Shown piece after piece: positions 47,079-49,578 of a stretch of 49,578 nucleotides of DNA (within the stretch, counting starts at the first letter, position 1; each line of letters starts with the position of its first letter). This DNA is from an uncultured Alphaproteobacteria bacterium. Lineage in GTDB: Bacteria; Pseudomonadota; Alphaproteobacteria; Bin95. Position numbers and translations under genes: made by a program. The stretch lies in the NCBI GenBank assembly GCA_938084065.1, contig CALKDI010000019.1, forward strand, positions 1 to 49,578, written 5' to 3'. Under the pieces are notes generated by a model that saw only the letters and a program-made list of their open reading frames with translations, was not told the DNA's origin and did not search any database.

Positions 47079-47837
47079 CTAAACCGCCAACGCCAAAGCA
47101 TCGCGCAGAATCGCCTCAGCAGCCTGGGTATAGCCTCCGTCCGGGTGGTGCAGCACCAATCCGGGCGCTAGGCGAAACGGGCTGCGGTCGCCTTTGCGTA
47201 GGCGGATGATGACGCGATGGGCCGCCTGATCAGGCTTTGGCCAGATGGGCAAGACTGCCAGCCCTCCGCTTTGCTGCTGGCGGCAGGCGGCAATGATCTC
47301 ATCCAAGCGGTCGGCGCGGTGGATCAGGCTGATGGTGCCGCCTGCGCGCACCAAATCCCACGCTCGTGCGATCCAGACGGGGAGGGTGGCTGATCCCTCC
47401 ACCGCAGCCACTCGGCGCAACCGGTTGGCTGGCTCGGTCGCTGTGCCGGCTGCCAGATAAGGTGGGTTCATTGCGACGTGATCCAGGCTTGCCGCCGCTA
47501 AGGGGAGGGAGGCGATATCCGCCTGTATCAAGTGGAGCGCGCCGCTGATTCCGTTGGTCGATGCATTGGCCTGGACCAGTCGTGAGAGGTCACCCTCCCG
47601 CTCCACAGCGACAATCCGACAGCCTGCCACGCGGGTTGCCAGACAGAGGCCCACAGCGCCGCTGCCAGCGCCCAGGTCGGCAATCGTCTCACCCGGTTGG
47701 GCTGGAACAGCGGCAGCCAGCAGAATCGGATCGACAGCAACCCGATAGCCATCCGCCGGCTGCGCGATCTGCATCCGCCCGCCCAGCAATCGGTCTTCGG
47801 TCAGGCCGTTGGGGAAAACCGCGTCAAGAATCGGCAT
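47079..47837 (-). CDS. SAM-dependent N6-adenine methyltransferase (TrmN6/YfiC-like)
   Basis: DLGAGSGAVGL (motif I) and VAMNPPYL (NPPY motif IV). 252 aa. Confidence 0.75.
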   Translation of the reverse strand: MPILDAVFPNGLTEDRLLGGRMQIAQPADGYRVAVDPILLAAAVPAQPGETIADLGAGSGAVGLCLATRVAGCRIVAVEREGDLSRLVQANASTNGISGALHLIQADIASLPLAAASLDHVAMNPPYLAAGTATEPANRLRRVAAVEGSATLPVWIARAWDLVRAGGTISLIHRADRLDEIIAACRQQQSGGLAVLPIWPKPDQAAHRVIIRLRKGDRSPFRLAPGLVLHHPDGGYTQAAEAILRDALALAV

Positions 47838-48054
47838 CAGGGGTATCCAGCGCCGCCCGGGCCGCCGCTAGAACGCGTTCTGCCTTGGCCATATCCTTAT
47901 CCGTCACCATCAACCTGCGCGGGATGGCGCCGATGCTGCCCTCAACGATACTGGCGTGGCGGTCGAACACCTCCGACTTGATCTCAGCTTCGGCGAGTAC
48001 CGATTGGGCCCAACCCATCTCCACCCAATTGTTGGTCTTGAGGACGACTTTCAT
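47824..48054 (-). CDS. DUF2007-like small protein
   Basis: 76 aa from ATG 48054 (SD AAGGA). 14-nt overlap with the downstream methyltransferase. The assignment rests on size and context and is weak. Confidence 0.5.
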   Translation of the reverse strand: MKVVLKTNNWVEMGWAQSVLAEAEIKSEVFDRHASIVEGSIGAIPRRLMVTDKDMAKAERVLAAARAALDTPDADS

Positions 48055-48165
48055 CTCAATCCTTCGGTTTTGCATCGGTTTGCCACAACCCGGCGGCCGT
48101 GCCGCGTGTTGACCGAAAACCCGTCCGGCCTATGGTGTGCCCCTGACCTAGCTGAGAGAGGCGCC

Positions 48166-49203
48166 GTGACACCACCGGAATCTGTACAAGCCGTCCCACC
48201 GGCTGCTCAACCAACCGATGCGCCGCCCGATGCACTCGTCGCGTTGCGCGGCCTGCTGGCCGATGACATGGCCGAGGTTAATCGCCTGATCCTGGAGTAT
48301 ATGCAAAGCCCCGTCGCTCTGATTCCAGAGCTGGCGAAGTATATCGTCGCCGCCGGTGGTAAGCGCCTGCGGCCACTGCTGACCCTGGGTGCTGCGCGCA
48401 TGTGCGGCTATGAAGGCGAGGCCCATTGGGGCCTGGCGGCGTGCGTTGAGTTCATCCACACCGCCACCTTGCTGCACGACGATGTTGTCGACGAGAGCGA
48501 TCTGCGCCGCGGCAACGCCACAGCCAATGCGGTTTGGGGCAATCAAGCCAGCGTGCTGGTCGGCGATTTCCTGTTCAGTCGCTCGTTCCAATTGATGGTG
48601 GAGTCCGGCTCGCTCGACGTTTTGCGCATCCTGGCCAACGCTTCTGCTACTATTGCCGAGGGCGAGGTGCTGCAATTGACCACCGCTGGCGATCCGGCGA
48701 CCGAGATCGAGGCGTATATGCGTGTGATCGAGGGCAAGACCGCTGCCCTGTTCGCCGCCGCCGCCGAGGTTGGTGGTGTTCTGGCTGGGCGCCCGACAGC
48801 AGAGACGGACGCGCTGCGCACCTATGGCCAATCGCTCGGCATCGCGTTTCAGCTGGTGGATGATCAACTGGACTATGCCTCAAACGCAGCAGCGATGGGC
48901 AAATCCGTCGGTGATGATTTCCGTGAGCGTAAGGTGACCCTGCCGGTCATTCTCGCCTACCAAAAGGGTTCCACCGACGAACGCGCCTTTTGGGAGCGCA
49001 CTATCGGCGAGGGCGAGCAGGTGGGGACAGATCTGGATGAGGCGCAGCGGCTGTTGGTGCTTCACGATTCGTTGGCGGAGACAGGCCGCATCGCGCGTCA
49101 GCATGCAGAGGCGGCAGCGGAGGCGCTCGCCGGCTTTCCGGATAGCCCGCATCGCCGAGCCCTACAGGACGTCGCTGCCTTTTGTGTCGCGCGGACATAT
49201 TAA
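48166..49203 (+). CDS. ispB: Polyprenyl (octaprenyl-type) diphosphate synthase
   Basis: First and second Asp-rich motifs LLHDDVVDES and FQLVDDQLDY. GTG at 48166 is preceded by GAGAGAGG. Chain length is not determinable from the sequence. Confidence 0.85.
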   Translation: MTPPESVQAVPPAAQPTDAPPDALVALRGLLADDMAEVNRLILEYMQSPVALIPELAKYIVAAGGKRLRPLLTLGAARMCGYEGEAHWGLAACVEFIHTATLLHDDVVDESDLRRGNATANAVWGNQASVLVGDFLFSRSFQLMVESGSLDVLRILANASATIAEGEVLQLTTAGDPATEIEAYMRVIEGKTAALFAAAAEVGGVLAGRPTAETDALRTYGQSLGIAFQLVDDQLDYASNAAAMGKSVGDDFRERKVTLPVILAYQKGSTDERAFWERTIGEGEQVGTDLDEAQRLLVLHDSLAETGRIARQHAEAAAEALAGFPDSPHRRALQDVAAFCVARTY

Positions 49204-49287
49204 AGGCGATTGAGCCACCGGATGCGCCCGCAATAGGCCTTGCAATAGCAAGGGCACATCGGTATGAAACCCTGCTTGCGTGCGACA

Positions 49288-49364
49288 CGGAGTGTAGCTC
49301 AGCCTGGTAGAGCACTGTCTTCGGGAGGCAGGGGCCGGAGGTTCGAATCCTCTCACTCCGACCA
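49288..49364 (+). tRNA. tRNA-Pro (anticodon CGG)
   Basis: Cloverleaf read by hand: acceptor CGGAGTG/CACTCCG, D-arm GCTC-AGCCTGGTA-GAGC, anticodon arm CTGTC-TTCGGGA-GGCAG, T-arm GGAGG-TTCGAAT-CCTCT, encoded ACCA end. 77 nt. Confidence 0.9.
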
Positions 49365-49578
49365 ATTAAATCAAAGACTTAGATCGGTCCCGATTTTATT
49401 TTTGTCTCGGATTTGTCTCAGAATTGATCTGGTTTTGAGCGACACCCATCCTGCGGGGCAAAAGTCCTCCTTGGCAGAGGAGGGGTGGCCGCAGCTTTGG
49501 AATCAAAGTGGTCATGGCTTCGAATGCTTTGGCGGGCACCGCGGTACACGACTCAAGCTGATTGGATCTGCGTTAGGG

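Noticed and set aside
49238-49253. Hairpin CCTTGC-aata-GCAAGG after ispB as a terminator
   Set aside because: It has only a 6-bp stem and no U-tract. It is too weak to call, and the tRNA-Pro gene may be co-transcribed or have its own promoter here.
1-49578. CRISPR arrays, rRNA genes, IS elements/transposases, integrases, toxin-antitoxin pairs and recognisable phage-defence gene sets
   Set aside because: I looked for regularly spaced direct repeats, transposase/integrase-like translations and small paired ORFs, and saw none in the six-frame track or the intergenic DNA. The only possible mobile-element hint is the AT-rich tract after tRNA-Pro, which is reported as a finding.

Overview
GC-rich alphaproteobacterial chromosome segment. 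The lineage call rests on the hemC-hemD-Mic60-like-hemY operon, the comEC/gltX/gltA arrangement, chpT and TTAA-N7-TTAA CtrA-type boxes. I call about 46 protein genes and one tRNA-Pro(CGG), and saw no rRNA, CRISPR array, IS element or integrase gene. Housekeeping genes fill 0.9-17.5 kb (CoA-transferases, haem operon, tsaD, comEC, gltX, gltA, ggt, a permease) and 39.8-49.4 kb (chpT, mobA, moaA, nadK, gor, ispB, tRNA-Pro). The middle (17.6-39.7 kb) looks accessory. It holds a three-subunit xanthine-dehydrogenase-family molybdoenzyme operon that ends in an 82-aa MoaD/ThiS-like protein with a free C-terminal GG. Next comes a 524-aa tandem-duplicated RadC, with a degenerate JAB copy followed by an intact one. 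After that is a regulator-less catabolic cluster: MaoC hydratase, CoA-transferase, two paralogous acyl-CoA dehydrogenases flanking a TRAP transporter, an RraA-like protein, a Baeyer-Villiger monooxygenase, an LLM oxidoreductase, SDRs and a CMD-family protein. The best candidates for new biology are the Ubl-GG/tandem-JAB pair attached to the molybdoenzyme operon, and three full CtrA boxes upstream of comEC, the tandem radC and chpT, which suggest a CtrA-controlled DNA-uptake regulon. Other points: a 7-bp tandem duplication frameshifts a low-GC membrane-protein gene, a haem peroxidase is truncated but keeps a PEP-CTERM-like tail, and there are several palindromic or REP-like intergenic elements. 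GC drops abruptly right after the tRNA at the window edge. All calls come from reading the ORF translations and DNA by eye; no database search was possible.
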